From assembly GCA_050290185.1 (NCBI GenBank), contig JBNKHE010000004.1, positions 160,001-224,000 on the forward strand: 64,000 nt of DNA, written 5' to 3'. The notes beneath the pieces are model-generated. The model saw only the letters and a program-made list of their open reading frames with translations, did no database searches and had not been told where the DNA came from. Positions 28,574 through 37,211 of this stretch are shown here, piece by piece. The first letter of the stretch is position 1. Each line of letters opens with the position of its first letter. Position numbers and translations under genes: made by a program. Source of the DNA: Pontiella sp. Lineage in GTDB: Bacteria > Verrucomicrobiota > Kiritimatiellia > Kiritimatiellales > Pontiellaceae.

Positions 28574-29404
28574 CTACACGAGTTTGGTTCCGCCTTCGGA
28601 AAATTCGATCAGCCGCTTTTTATACAGCGCGCCGATGGCCTTTTTGTAGGTTTTCTTGCTGACACCGAAGAGCGCATAGATTTCCTCCGGCGGGTTCTTG
28701 TCGGTGACGGGCATGAAGCCGCCCTGCGCCTTGAGATAGTCCAGAATCGTATCGGTGAGGCTGGTCACCTTGCCGTAGCCGGGCTGGTGCAGGCTGAGGT
28801 CGATGTAGCCATCAGGCCGCACCTGCTTGATATAGCCGTCCAGTCGCTGGCCACGCTCAAGCGGCTGGAAGACATCGTTATGAAACACCATGCCCCAGCG
28901 CTCGCCATTGATGATCGCCTTGTAGCCGAGATCGGTCTGCTGCCAGATCATCAGCTCCACCTTTTCACCCTGCTTGTAGATCGTGCGGGAATTCTTGAGA
29001 AACTTATCAAGCTTGGCCGAAGCCACGAGCCGCCCGCTTACGCGATCGAGATAGATGTGCACCAGATAGGAATGCCCCTCTTTCATCGGTATGCGCTGTT
29101 CGCGGAACGGAGCGAGCAGATCCTTCGGCATGCCCCAGTCGAGGAAGGCTCCGATACGGGTAACCTCCTTCACGCGCAGCAGGGCAAATTCACCGGCCAT
29201 GGCCTTGGGCTTCTCCGGGGTGGCGGTCAGCCGGTCCTCGGAATCGAGCATAACGAACACGTCGAGTTTATCCTCTGTCTTCCACGCCTTGGGTATGTAG
29301 CGTTTCGGAAGCAGTATCTCACCCAGTTCGCCGCCGTCTAGCAGCATCCCAAAATCAGATTCCCGGCTAATGGCCAGCCGGTTCATTCTACCGATTTCAA
29401 CCAC
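28574..29404 (-). CDS. cvfB: CvfB-family S1 RNA-binding protein
   Basis: MVEIGRMN.., EILLP, DSEDR, GAFLDWGMPKDL, C-terminal winged helix FGVSKKTYKKAIGALYK; GTG 29404 overlaps the rhlE stop. Confidence 0.88.
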   Translation of the reverse strand: MVEIGRMNRLAISRESDFGMLLDGGELGEILLPKRYIPKAWKTEDKLDVFVMLDSEDRLTATPEKPKAMAGEFALLRVKEVTRIGAFLDWGMPKDLLAPFREQRIPMKEGHSYLVHIYLDRVSGRLVASAKLDKFLKNSRTIYKQGEKVELMIWQQTDLGYKAIINGERWGMVFHNDVFQPLERGQRLDGYIKQVRPDGYIDLSLHQPGYGKVTSLTDTILDYLKAQGGFMPVTDKNPPEEIYALFGVSKKTYKKAIGALYKKRLIEFSEGGTKLV

Positions 29405-30710
29405 GGCGCCCGGCCCCTTCCCTCCGGCTGCGGATACGCGCCGGCCGCTTGCCGCCGGTATGTTTCGCGCGTCCACTGGCGTTGACCGTCACCTTGCCGC
29501 GATTCTGACGGACCTTCGGACCCGGCTTTGCGTCGGCCCCCGTAGCGTTCATCGATTTATCGCAATGCAGGGCGTGCTGGTCATCGACCGGGATCGTGGT
29601 GCGAATCAGTTTTTCAATGGCACGCAGATAGTCGCGTTCCGGCGCACTGCAGAACGAAATGGCATCGCCATCCGCTCCGGCACGGGCCGTGCGGCCAATG
29701 CGGTGTACATAGGTTTCCGGCTCGACCGGCATATCGTAGTTGACGACATGCGAAATACCGTCAACGTCGATTCCACGGGCCGCAATATCCGTCGCGATCA
29801 GAGCACGCACCCGGCCCGCCTTGAAATCGGCCAAGGCGGTGGTACGCGCCGTCTGGCTCTTGTTGCCGTGGATGGCGGCGGAGGTAATCCCCGCCCCCTC
29901 CAGCTTGCGCGCCACCTTGTTGGCGACATGCTTCATCTGCGTAAAGATGATCACACGGTCGAGCTTCTTGTTGCTCATCACCGATACGATCAGCTCATCC
30001 TTGTGCTTTTGGCTGACGAACATGACCTTTTGGCCAATCCGTTCGACGGCCGGCTTTTCAGGTTCGATCGTCACCTGCGCCGGATTGTGCACGAGCGTCC
30101 GCGCCAGCTCGATCACCTTCGATTCCATCGTAGCTGAATAGAACAGTGACTGCCGCTTTTTAGGCAGCTTGGCGACCACCTTCCTGATGTCGTGAATAAA
30201 GCCCATATCGAGCATGCGGTCGGCTTCATCCAACACGAAGATTTCAATGGCAGACAAATCGATATATCCCTGATTCATCAGGTCAATCAGCCGGCCCGGA
30301 GTTGCCACTAGCACGTCCACGCCATGCCGCACGGCTTTAACCTGCGGATTCTGGCCCACCCCGCCAAAGATGACGGTGTGGCTGGCTTTTGTGTACTTGC
30401 CGTATTTGGCGATGCTATCGCCAATTTGTGCGGCCAACTCGCGGGTCGGCGCAAGAATGAGTACGCGGGGCTTTTTGCTGATTGGTTGCTTTTTGTTTTT
30501 CTGCAAGTGCTGGAGGATCGGCAGAGAGAACGCGGCGGTTTTGCCGGTGCCTGTCTGTGCGCATCCGAGCATATCGCGCCCTTCAAGCAGTGACGGGATC
30601 GATTGTTCCTGAATAGGTGATGGCGTGTGATAACCTGCTTCGGATACCGCGCGGCCGATTTCTGGCAGCAACAGACCGAAGACGCCCCGAAGGTCGTTTT
30701 CTTTCTTCAT
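29397..30710 (-). CDS. rhlE: DEAD-box ATP-dependent RNA helicase (RhlE-like)
   Basis: PSPIQ, AQTGTGKT, PTRELA, DEAD, SAT, ARGID, HRIGRTAR. Confidence 0.93.
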   Translation of the reverse strand: MKKENDLRGVFGLLLPEIGRAVSEAGYHTPSPIQEQSIPSLLEGRDMLGCAQTGTGKTAAFSLPILQHLQKNKKQPISKKPRVLILAPTRELAAQIGDSIAKYGKYTKASHTVIFGGVGQNPQVKAVRHGVDVLVATPGRLIDLMNQGYIDLSAIEIFVLDEADRMLDMGFIHDIRKVVAKLPKKRQSLFYSATMESKVIELARTLVHNPAQVTIEPEKPAVERIGQKVMFVSQKHKDELIVSVMSNKKLDRVIIFTQMKHVANKVARKLEGAGITSAAIHGNKSQTARTTALADFKAGRVRALIATDIAARGIDVDGISHVVNYDMPVEPETYVHRIGRTARAGADGDAISFCSAPERDYLRAIEKLIRTTIPVDDQHALHCDKSMNATGADAKPGPKVRQNRGKVTVNASGRAKHTGGKRPARIRSRREGAGRRG

Positions 30711-30814
30711 ATGTTTTTCCTAGCCGGCGAATAAATATTTTTCTGCTCGCCGCCGGAAGGAGTGAAGAAAAAGGAGAGGGTTGCCGAATGCAACCATCGG
30801 TGAATTGGTCGGCG

Positions 30815-30843
30815 GTTCTATAGGCTCGCCGGCATACTGTCAA
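30815..30843 (-). promoter_or_regulatory. Putative sigma70 promoter of rhlE-cvfB
   Basis: TTGACA-N17-TAGAAC. Confidence 0.55.
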
Positions 30844-30854
30844 GGGTTGCGTGG

Positions 30855-32564
30855 TTATTTTTTTGAGGCGCGGATATCCTGGATCTGCAGTTGGAGGGTG
30901 GTATTGCCGTTCCAGTTGTTTTCCTGAAGGGTAAAGGCGATGTCGATTTCTCCGGCCGGCAATGCTTCGACCGGATAGTTGAAGGCAATCGCATCGAAGG
31001 AATGATTTCCGGAAGCGATCGTAAACTTGAGATGTTTCTGTCCGACCACGCGCGGCAGGCCTTTGACCTGCACGCGCTGCAATGCCCAGACCGGTTCGGG
31101 ATTGTCCTGACCGAACGGACGAAGGTTCCGGAGGGCTTCATAGAACGGCCAGCCCAGATCGCCGAAGTCGATGATCGCATCAACATGCTGGGTCGCTGAA
31201 AGATCAACGCCCTGCAGCAGCCGCGCAGCCGCTTCGTTGAATTCTTTCTTAAAGGCGTCCAGCGATCCTGGCTTGATTTCCAAGCCGGCCGCCATCTTAT
31301 GCCCTCCAAATTTATTCAGGTGACCTTCACAGGACTGAAGGCCGGCGAGCATATCAAACTCTTCTATGCCCCGGCAGGAACCGCGTGCACTTCCGTCTTC
31401 CTCAATCCCCATGACGATGGCGGGACGGTTATAGTGACGGGAAACGCGCGATGCCACGATACCCACCACACCGGGATGCCAGCCCTCTCCGGCCACCACC
31501 AGTCCAAAATGCCGGGACGGATCAAAATAGTGATCGATCTCGGCAAAGGCATCATCGGAAATCTTTCGTTCAATATCGCGGCGGTCCCGGTTATTGCGAT
31601 CCAGCAGCTTGGCAATATTGCGCGCTTCCGGCATATCGTCCGTGGTCAGCAGCCGTACCGCCTGCATCGGTTCGCCAATGCGACCGGCGGCATTGATGCG
31701 CGGGCCGAGTTGAAACCCCAAGTGACCGGTATTGAGTTCGCCGCTAACCGACGCAACCTCCTTGAGCGCCGTCATGCCGGCCCAACAGGAGGCCTCGAGT
31801 TGCGCCAGCCCGTGCCGGACAATGATCCGGTTCTCTCCAACCAGCGGCACGATATCCGCCACCGTGCCCAGCGCAACGATGTCAAGATACCGCCGAAGAT
31901 CGAGAAGCGCCGCAAGAGCATGTCCCTGCTCGCGTCCGGTCTTGATCAGGGCATGCGCCAGCTTGAACGCCACGCCTGCACCGCAAAGATTTTCCCCGCA
32001 GTGTCCAAGCTTCGGATTGATCAGCGCAAAGGCGGGTGCCGTTTGTTCATCAGGTTCATGGTGATCGGTTACAATCACGTCCACGCCCTGCCGCTGCGCA
32101 TCGCCCACGCTATCGACGGAATTGGTACCGCAATCCACCGTCACGATCAGACGCGGATTGTGCTCTGCAATACAACGTTCAATGGCATCGGGCGAGAGAC
32201 CATACCCTTCGTCAAGCCGGTCTGGCACAAAGGCATACACCCGGCCCCCCAGCGCGGAAAGCAACCGCACCAGCAGGGCCGTCGACGTCACGCCGTCGAC
32301 ATCATAATCGCCGAACACCACGATGGTTTCGCCCCCATTGATCGCAGTCCAGATACGGTTCGCGGCCTTCGTCATGCAGGGCAGGGAAAAAGGATCGGTC
32401 AGGTCGGCCAAACGCGGGTTCAAAAACTCCTCTGCAATGACGGGATCCTCGAATCCACGCAGTACCAGTATGCGGGCCATGGGTAGCGGCAACTCCAGCT
32501 GCCGGACCAGTTTTTCAACGGCAGCGGGATCCGCGGTTGGGATTTTCCATTTCTTCAGAGCCAT
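30855..32564 (-). CDS. recJ: Single-stranded-DNA-specific exonuclease RecJ
   Basis: GDYDVDG, EGYG, TVDCG, TDHH, GPRINAAGR, RGSCR, GGHKMAAG, PFGQDNP. Confidence 0.96.
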   Translation of the reverse strand: MALKKWKIPTADPAAVEKLVRQLELPLPMARILVLRGFEDPVIAEEFLNPRLADLTDPFSLPCMTKAANRIWTAINGGETIVVFGDYDVDGVTSTALLVRLLSALGGRVYAFVPDRLDEGYGLSPDAIERCIAEHNPRLIVTVDCGTNSVDSVGDAQRQGVDVIVTDHHEPDEQTAPAFALINPKLGHCGENLCGAGVAFKLAHALIKTGREQGHALAALLDLRRYLDIVALGTVADIVPLVGENRIIVRHGLAQLEASCWAGMTALKEVASVSGELNTGHLGFQLGPRINAAGRIGEPMQAVRLLTTDDMPEARNIAKLLDRNNRDRRDIERKISDDAFAEIDHYFDPSRHFGLVVAGEGWHPGVVGIVASRVSRHYNRPAIVMGIEEDGSARGSCRGIEEFDMLAGLQSCEGHLNKFGGHKMAAGLEIKPGSLDAFKKEFNEAAARLLQGVDLSATQHVDAIIDFGDLGWPFYEALRNLRPFGQDNPEPVWALQRVQVKGLPRVVGQKHLKFTIASGNHSFDAIAFNYPVEALPAGEIDIAFTLQENNWNGNTTLQLQIQDIRASKK

Positions 32565-32569
32565 GAGGA

Positions 32570-33967
32570 TTAACGTCCTGCCCGAAGGAAGCGGGAAACC
32601 AGGGATTTGATGAGTATCTTTAAATCTTCGTACAGCGAGCGGATATGCGCATACCACAGCGAGTCGGTTAACCGGTCGGATTCCTTGTTGTAATCCTGAT
32701 AGCAGAACACGCCCGGATAGTATTCGGGAAGCTGCTTGATCAGTTCATCGTCCTCGGGATGGCGCATGGGCGGCTGACCGCAAAGAAAAAGCCGGCCGCG
32801 GACAGCGCGCACAAGCAGGGGGAAGCGATCCAGCGACAACGCCTTGAATATGCTGAAAGCGGGGGATTTTCGATTTTTAAGCTTCTTGAGCATGGGCAAC
32901 GATATATGGCCGGTGCGTGGATCATGGAACAACAGGTATTCGTATTTGGCAGTACCGCGGAGACGCACGAGTGGATAGAGCAGCAGGAACGGAATCGTCT
33001 GCAGCACCATGATGCCGACGGCGACAAACCATAGGATCAGGTAGCGGACAAAATCTTCCGTCCGCATGGCGGGTCGGTTGCGTGCAACGAGCCACGAATC
33101 ATCGATCTCCACCACGGTGCCGTCGTCGGGGCTGATCACCCTGTTCCCGGCAACAATTTTACCATGTATATCGAGATTGCGCCCGATATAGGTATCGGAC
33201 AACACCAGACAATCCATCAGTTCGGTGTTCGCATCGACAATCACATGACTGTCCACCACGGCATTGGGCCCGATCGTTGTCATGGGCCCGAAACGGCAGT
33301 CGTCGCCAATAAGCACCGGTGCCTGCAGATGACTGGAAGGCGGTGTGTGAACATTGTAGCCGACCGAACTACGGTCGCCCGTGGAAAAGCCGGCCGTGGT
33401 GTAGCGAGCAAACTCGCCCAGCACCATCTTCATGTTCAGATCAAAATAGGAACTTATCGACGTGATGGTCCACGGCTGAATGTGGACCTGTTCCAGCCCC
33501 CGGCCGGAACCGGTTGCGTCATTCAGGAGTCCATCAACTTCATCATGGTTCCTGCCATAGAGAAAGTGGAGGTTTTCCGGTGTTCCATACCGGCAGGCTG
33601 TCAGCGCATGGAACCCCTTGACCGCGAAGGCCTGGCGGCGACGCATGAAAAACGGATAGCCCAGATACAGAAGCCCCTCATCCAACGAACCCGAAATGGA
33701 ACGCAGAAATCCACTATCGGTTTCCCCCGAGCGCGCAAACGCGTATTCAATCTTGAGATTCCAGCGTTTGCCATCCTTCGTATAATCCTCGATGTGCTTG
33801 GCCTGCTCGCCGAGCACCACCTGCACCTCGCGGATACCCAGCTCGGAACACAACTCCAGCCAATAATCCATGAGCGGACGGTTGGCCACCGGAAGGAGCG
33901 GCCACGGAGGGCCACCAATATCCGCGGCCCATCCACAGGCCTTTGACGTGTTCAGAACGGCGATCAT
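32570..33967 (-). CDS. Fusion of NDP-sugar nucleotidyltransferase-like, left-handed beta-helix and sugar-transferase-like domains (degenerate motifs)
   Basis: PLLPVANRPL..LGIREV..GKRWNLKIEY; hexapeptide repeats PVLIGDDCRFG/TIGPNAVVD; TM followed by SLDRFPLL..RGRLFLCGQPP. Confidence 0.8.
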   Translation of the reverse strand: MIAVLNTSKACGWAADIGGPPWPLLPVANRPLMDYWLELCSELGIREVQVVLGEQAKHIEDYTKDGKRWNLKIEYAFARSGETDSGFLRSISGSLDEGLLYLGYPFFMRRRQAFAVKGFHALTACRYGTPENLHFLYGRNHDEVDGLLNDATGSGRGLEQVHIQPWTITSISSYFDLNMKMVLGEFARYTTAGFSTGDRSSVGYNVHTPPSSHLQAPVLIGDDCRFGPMTTIGPNAVVDSHVIVDANTELMDCLVLSDTYIGRNLDIHGKIVAGNRVISPDDGTVVEIDDSWLVARNRPAMRTEDFVRYLILWFVAVGIMVLQTIPFLLLYPLVRLRGTAKYEYLLFHDPRTGHISLPMLKKLKNRKSPAFSIFKALSLDRFPLLVRAVRGRLFLCGQPPMRHPEDDELIKQLPEYYPGVFCYQDYNKESDRLTDSLWYAHIRSLYEDLKILIKSLVSRFLRAGR

Positions 33968-33981
33968 AGCTGCAGGTTGCT

Positions 33982-34323
33982 CTACGAGGTGAAAGCCCGG
34001 AGGGCATCATCCACACTGTTGTAGATTTCAAAAACCTTATGGGCCCGGGTAATTTCAAAAACCATACGCGGCTTTTTTTGCAGACAGGCCAGTCGCATGT
34101 CGCCTCCGTTTTCCGTAATCCGCTTCAATGCGGCTATCAATGTGCCCAATCCGGCGGAATCCATGAACTCCACTGCGGCAAGATCCACCACATAATTCTT
34201 CACATCGCGTTCACGCTCCTGCCAATCCGACAACTCCTTGCGGAATGAATCGACCGTTGCGGCAGTCAATGAACTTTCAACCCGGACGACCCCGATTCCC
34301 TTAATTCTGCTGCAATTAATCAC
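33982..34323 (-). CDS. STAS-domain anti-sigma factor antagonist
   Basis: VVDLAAVEFMDSAGLGTL with phospho-Ser; VFEIT. Confidence 0.93.
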   Translation of the reverse strand: MINCSRIKGIGVVRVESSLTAATVDSFRKELSDWQERERDVKNYVVDLAAVEFMDSAGLGTLIAALKRITENGGDMRLACLQKKPRMVFEITRAHKVFEIYNSVDDALRAFTS

Positions 34324-34335
34324 ATCTGTCTCCCA

Positions 34336-35070
34336 TTAATACGCCCCCCGGCCAAACAGCACTGCGGGAACGGTTTTCAAAACAATCACAAAATCCTTCC
34401 AGATACTCTGGCTTTGGATGTACTGCATGTCGAGGCTCAGCTGCCCGCCGAAAGGAATATCCGACCGGCCGCTGATCTGCCAGAGACAGGTCAGGCCGGG
34501 TTTCACATGCAGGCGTTTCCGATCTGACAACGAATAGCATTTCACCTCTTCGGGCAGCGGCGGTCGCGGGCCGACGATGGAAAGATTGCCGATGAGAACA
34601 TTCAGCAGCTGCGGCAACTCATCCATACTGAAGCGGCGGAAAAAACGGCCGCACCGCAATACACGCGGATCATTCTTCATCTTGAAGGTCACCCCGTCGG
34701 TCGATTCATTCCGCTCCAACAGCCCCTGCTGCATCTGTTCAGCATCGCGGCACATGGTCCGGAATTTGAACATCTTGAATTCACGCCCGTCCAGACCGAC
34801 CCGCTTCTGGGAAAAAATCACAGGGAATCCGTCCTCGACAATGAGGCAGACAGCAATCAGGACAAACAGCGGCAACAACAGCAACAAGAGCACCGTGCTC
34901 AGCAGGAGATCGAACGTGCGCTTAACAACCAGCAATCCCCGAAGCATCGACTCCCATACGAGCAGGCGCGACCGTTGCTTCCATTTCAGAATCTGCACAT
35001 CCGCCTTGGAGATGGGAATCTCCATCTTATTGAACATTTGCCTGCGGGCGCGATAGATCGGTTCGTTCAT
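34336..35070 (-). CDS. Bacterial sugar transferase (small monotopic phosphoglycosyl transferase)
   Basis: KRTFD, QKRVG, FKFRTM, DPRV, SMDELPQLLNVL, VGPRP, KPGLT. Confidence 0.95.
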   Translation of the reverse strand: MNEPIYRARRQMFNKMEIPISKADVQILKWKQRSRLLVWESMLRGLLVVKRTFDLLLSTVLLLLLLPLFVLIAVCLIVEDGFPVIFSQKRVGLDGREFKMFKFRTMCRDAEQMQQGLLERNESTDGVTFKMKNDPRVLRCGRFFRRFSMDELPQLLNVLIGNLSIVGPRPPLPEEVKCYSLSDRKRLHVKPGLTCLWQISGRSDIPFGGQLSLDMQYIQSQSIWKDFVIVLKTVPAVLFGRGAY

Positions 35071-36710
35071 CGCGGGCTCCCTTCATCGATAATTGTACAA
35101 AAAGTCAGGTTCTGGTTCTGGACCCGGTAGCGCTCGATCCGGTCGGTGATGGCATTCGTGATAGCCACTCCCCGTCCGCGTTCTCCCATGTAGGCATCTT
35201 CCAATTCCCGGCTGAGGGCCTCTTCCAGATCCCATTCGGCCCCCTTGTCACGCATTACCATTTGGCAGACCTTTCCATCCACCCGCAATTGCAACCAATA
35301 GGACTCATCTTCGTTCAAGCCTCCATGTTCAACGAGATTGGCTCCGAGTTCCATGATCAGCAACCGCACCATCGCCGCAGTATCATGGGAAATGCCCTGA
35401 GACATCACCGCAACCTCCGCCTGTTTGGCCACATCGGAAACCAGATAGATATTTTTTGGAACATGTTTCTCCAGAACAATTTTCACCGGATCAAGCATAT
35501 GAATCGAAATGGCCGTACAGTCGTCGGATGACAGGTCGAACCCTTCGGACTCCAGAATCTCCAACAGCCTGGCCGGCTTGTCCGGCGCACTGGGATCAGC
35601 CACCACTTCCCGGTAGACATCCGCCATGCGTTCTCCGCATTCCTGACGAGTGGTATGGTGGCGCCCTTCCAGAAGACCGTCGGTGTAAAGCAGCAGGAAG
35701 GTATTTCCATCATCTTTGAAAACCACTTCGTCATGGGCGGTATAGGGCCGTTCCGGACCGAACGGAAAGCCGATCGGCGAACCGCCCGCTTTGCTGAAAA
35801 CCGACGAATCTCCCAGTTTTCCGTTGCTGATGAATACGGGGTTGGGGTGTCCGCAGTTCATGCATCGCCATTCCAACGATTCCGGGTCATGCACCGCAAC
35901 AAACATGGTGGCAAAGTAGGCCGGATTATCGATGCGCCGCCGGATCACCATATTCAATGCGTTGCAGATTTCCGCCGGCCCCTTGTCCGCGTAGCGGTAG
36001 ATCATCTCACTGGCAGTTGCCTTCAGCAACGCGGAAATCATCGCCGGCGCAACACCGTGTCCTGACACATCGGCCACATAGATACAGTGTTTCCCGTCTG
36101 GCAGTGCGATGATATCAAAGGCATCCCCTCCCACATCCAGACAGGTATGGTAGGCAATCCGCACCTCGAACCGATGGGAAAAATGAGGGACATTCGAAAA
36201 AAGCGAACGCTGGATGGAGCCCGCAAGCTCCAAGTCCCGCGACACACGGCTGTTCCAAATCATCAGCTCGTCATTACTCTTCTTCAGCGCCAGGGCATTG
36301 CCGACCCGAAGCACCAGTTCGCGAGGATTAAAGGGCTTGCGGATATAGTCGATCGCGCCCAGCTCAAAACCAGTTTCAATGTCCTCGATCTTCGACTTGG
36401 CCGTTACCATGATCACCGGGGTGCGTTCCGTGCGCGGATCGTCGCGCAGACGGCCGCATAATTCGAAACCATCCATCTCCGGCATCATCACATCCACCAG
36501 GACAAGGTCGAGTACCTTTTTCGCAGCAAGGGCCAACGCCGCGGGGCCGCTGTCGGCATCGAATACCTCACAGCCACGGGCTTCGAGTAGTTTTCGCATA
36601 TAGAGCCGGTTCGGCAATTCGTCATCAACAACCAGCACACGTCCTCTCAGACACTGCGATAACCGGGAGGGTGACGGATCGGAACTGACGGCCTGGTTGT
36701 CCAACGGCAT
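35067..36710 (-). CDS. REC-PP2C(SpoIIE)-HATPase(RsbW-like Ser kinase) fusion protein
   Basis: REC: VVDDE, DVMMP, KPF; PP2C: GGD, ADVSGHG, YTDG, DDCT; kinase: ELGANLVEHG, RDKG, RGRG. Confidence 0.92.
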   Translation of the reverse strand: MPLDNQAVSSDPSPSRLSQCLRGRVLVVDDELPNRLYMRKLLEARGCEVFDADSGPAALALAAKKVLDLVLVDVMMPEMDGFELCGRLRDDPRTERTPVIMVTAKSKIEDIETGFELGAIDYIRKPFNPRELVLRVGNALALKKSNDELMIWNSRVSRDLELAGSIQRSLFSNVPHFSHRFEVRIAYHTCLDVGGDAFDIIALPDGKHCIYVADVSGHGVAPAMISALLKATASEMIYRYADKGPAEICNALNMVIRRRIDNPAYFATMFVAVHDPESLEWRCMNCGHPNPVFISNGKLGDSSVFSKAGGSPIGFPFGPERPYTAHDEVVFKDDGNTFLLLYTDGLLEGRHHTTRQECGERMADVYREVVADPSAPDKPARLLEILESEGFDLSSDDCTAISIHMLDPVKIVLEKHVPKNIYLVSDVAKQAEVAVMSQGISHDTAAMVRLLIMELGANLVEHGGLNEDESYWLQLRVDGKVCQMVMRDKGAEWDLEEALSRELEDAYMGERGRGVAITNAITDRIERYRVQNQNLTFCTIIDEGSPR

Positions 36711-36718
36711 GTATTCTC

Positions 36719-37069
36719 CTAGTCAAGCGTTGTCAGCCAGTTCGCCAAGGCATCCGTCATGCGACGGGCGTCCGGCAGTCGGTCTTCCTTGGCCGCGTTT
36801 TCAATGTTCAGGCCCAGTACGGAAATCTCGGGAAGCCCGATGGTACCCCCCATACCTTTGATCGAATGGGCCGCCATGCGAACCATTTCCGGGTCGTTGT
36901 TCTCCACGCCTTCCTGCAGTTCGCCGGTCAACCGTTTCAGCTCTTCAATAAAAATCTCGATCAGTTCATCGTCCACTTCGTCAGTGGCCACCACAAACTG
37001 GCTAAGCTGGCCTTCAAGTCCGGGAATCAGATCTTCAACCCAACCTACATTACCTGGAATATTCGCCAT
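36719..37069 (-). CDS. Hpt (histidine phosphotransfer) domain protein
   Basis: AAHSIKGMGGTIG; SD GGAGG. Confidence 0.92.
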   Translation of the reverse strand: MANIPGNVGWVEDLIPGLEGQLSQFVVATDEVDDELIEIFIEELKRLTGELQEGVENNDPEMVRMAAHSIKGMGGTIGLPEISVLGLNIENAAKEDRLPDARRMTDALANWLTTLD

Positions 37070-37108
37070 CACTACCTCCTATAGGAACCTGCTTTGTTAC
37101 AATTTCAA

Positions 37109-37136
37109 ATCATATCAACATTGCATGGGGAGGCAA
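37109..37136 (-). promoter_or_regulatory. Putative sigma70 promoter of the Hpt operon
   Basis: TTGCCT-N16-TATGAT with extended TGn. Confidence 0.5.
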
Positions 37137-37211
37137 ATACGCAATAACACCTTTTGAGATAATCAATTACCAAGAAACAGGCAAGGCACCTATTCTGGAT
37201 CGGCGGACGGA

